DNA of 32,000 bases from Methanopyrus kandleri AV19. GTDB lineage: Archaea; JAADCQ01; Methanopyri; Methanopyrales; Methanopyraceae. This document shows, piece after piece, positions 31,522-32,000 of this stretch. Each line of letters opens with the position of its first letter. Positions within the stretch are counted from its first letter, which is position 1. The translations under genes and the position numbers were made by a program. The notes beneath the pieces were generated by a model. It saw only the letters and a program-made list of their open reading frames with translations. It did no database searches and was not told the DNA's origin. The stretch is taken from the NCBI RefSeq assembly GCF_000007185.1, contig NC_003551.1, positions 150,001 to 182,000 of the forward strand. The letters are read 5' to 3'.

Positions 31522-32000
31522 GTTCGTCCTTTATAAGGAAGGGGGATCGGAGTTTTACGTGCCGGACCCGGAACGTTACTCTCAGGATGGCCTTCCCACC
31601 CGTGATGCACCGGTAGCGTTCGCACCGAACGCCGCCGTGAACAGGTCCGTACTCGTCCTGTTCCACCGAGTACGTCCTGTGAGGAGGTTCGGAGACGTGT
31701 TCTGTGGTGTCGGCGCCAGGGCCATCCGCCTTCATATTGAAGCCGAGGTGGAGTGGTCCGTACTATCCGATGTGAACCCCATTGCGTGTCAAATCGCAAT
31801 GATCAACGTCCGGAGACTCGGACTACCATCGGAGGTTAGGTGTATGGATGCCGTCGCCGCACTTTCTACCTTCGACTTCGATGCCGTCGACTTGGACGTG
31901 TTCGGGACCCCGATACCGTTCGCCCAAGCCGCGTTTCGGTGCGTACGCGACGGTTACGTGCACGTCACCGCCACAGACCTCGAATCGCTGTATACCCCGG
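31472..32000 (+). CDS. Divergent Trm1-family methyltransferase paralogue (5' part, runs off the window)
   Basis: My translation from ATG 31472: MMRVRTDGGVKRVAGAEFVLYKEG...FAPNAAVNRS...DVFCGVGARAIR...DLDVFGTPIPF...ATDL. It is collinear with the Trm1 motifs (FYNP, DPLAGVGARGIR, DIDPFGPPVPF, ATD). It overlaps the tgtA 3' end by 50 nt. Confidence 0.7.
   Translation, partial: MMRVRTDGGVKRVAGAEFVLYKEGGSEFYVPDPERYSQDGLPTRDAPVAFAPNAAVNRSVLVLFHRVRPVRRFGDVFCGVGARAIRLHIEAEVEWSVLSDVNPIACQIAMINVRRLGLPSEVRCMDAVAALSTFDFDAVDLDVFGTPIPFAQAAFRCVRDGYVHVTATDLESLYTP

Overview
This is a compact, GC-rich archaeal chromosome segment with about 42 genes, many joined by 4-50 nt overlaps. The gene content includes a selenocysteine Vhu-type [NiFe] hydrogenase, archaeosine tRNA-guanine transglycosylase, Trm1, archaetidylserine synthase/decarboxylase, eL33 and MreB. 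Together with the very acidic proteins, this fits a hyperthermophilic methanogen, most like Methanopyrus. That assignment is inference only, since no search was possible. Most of the window is housekeeping. Five things stand out. (1) A six-gene, tightly overlapping minus-strand operon (12707 down to 8344) links lipid head-group genes (phospholipid-N-methyltransferase-like, archaetidylserine decarboxylase and synthase) to three envelope genes: an AT-rich membrane protein, a secreted protein with a sortase-type C-terminal signal, and a sortase homologue. (2) A plus-strand cluster runs small GTPase, DUF2073-like, Zn-ribbon, AT-rich ORF206, then MreB carrying a K/E-rich N-terminal extension. (3) A 42-codon selenoprotein gene (vhuU) missing from the ORF track has an in-frame TGA and a textbook archaeal SECIS hairpin in its 3' UTR. 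(4) Several genes (CbiM-, CbiO-, radical-SAM- and methyltransferase-like) have conserved N-termini that lie upstream of any in-frame ATG/GTG/TTG, which suggests near-cognate initiation. (5) An archaeosine module contains a RaSEA-like radical SAM gene, an ArcTGT lacking the PUA region, and an overlapping divergent Trm1 paralogue. All calls come from reading the sequence and from remembered family signatures. No database search was run.
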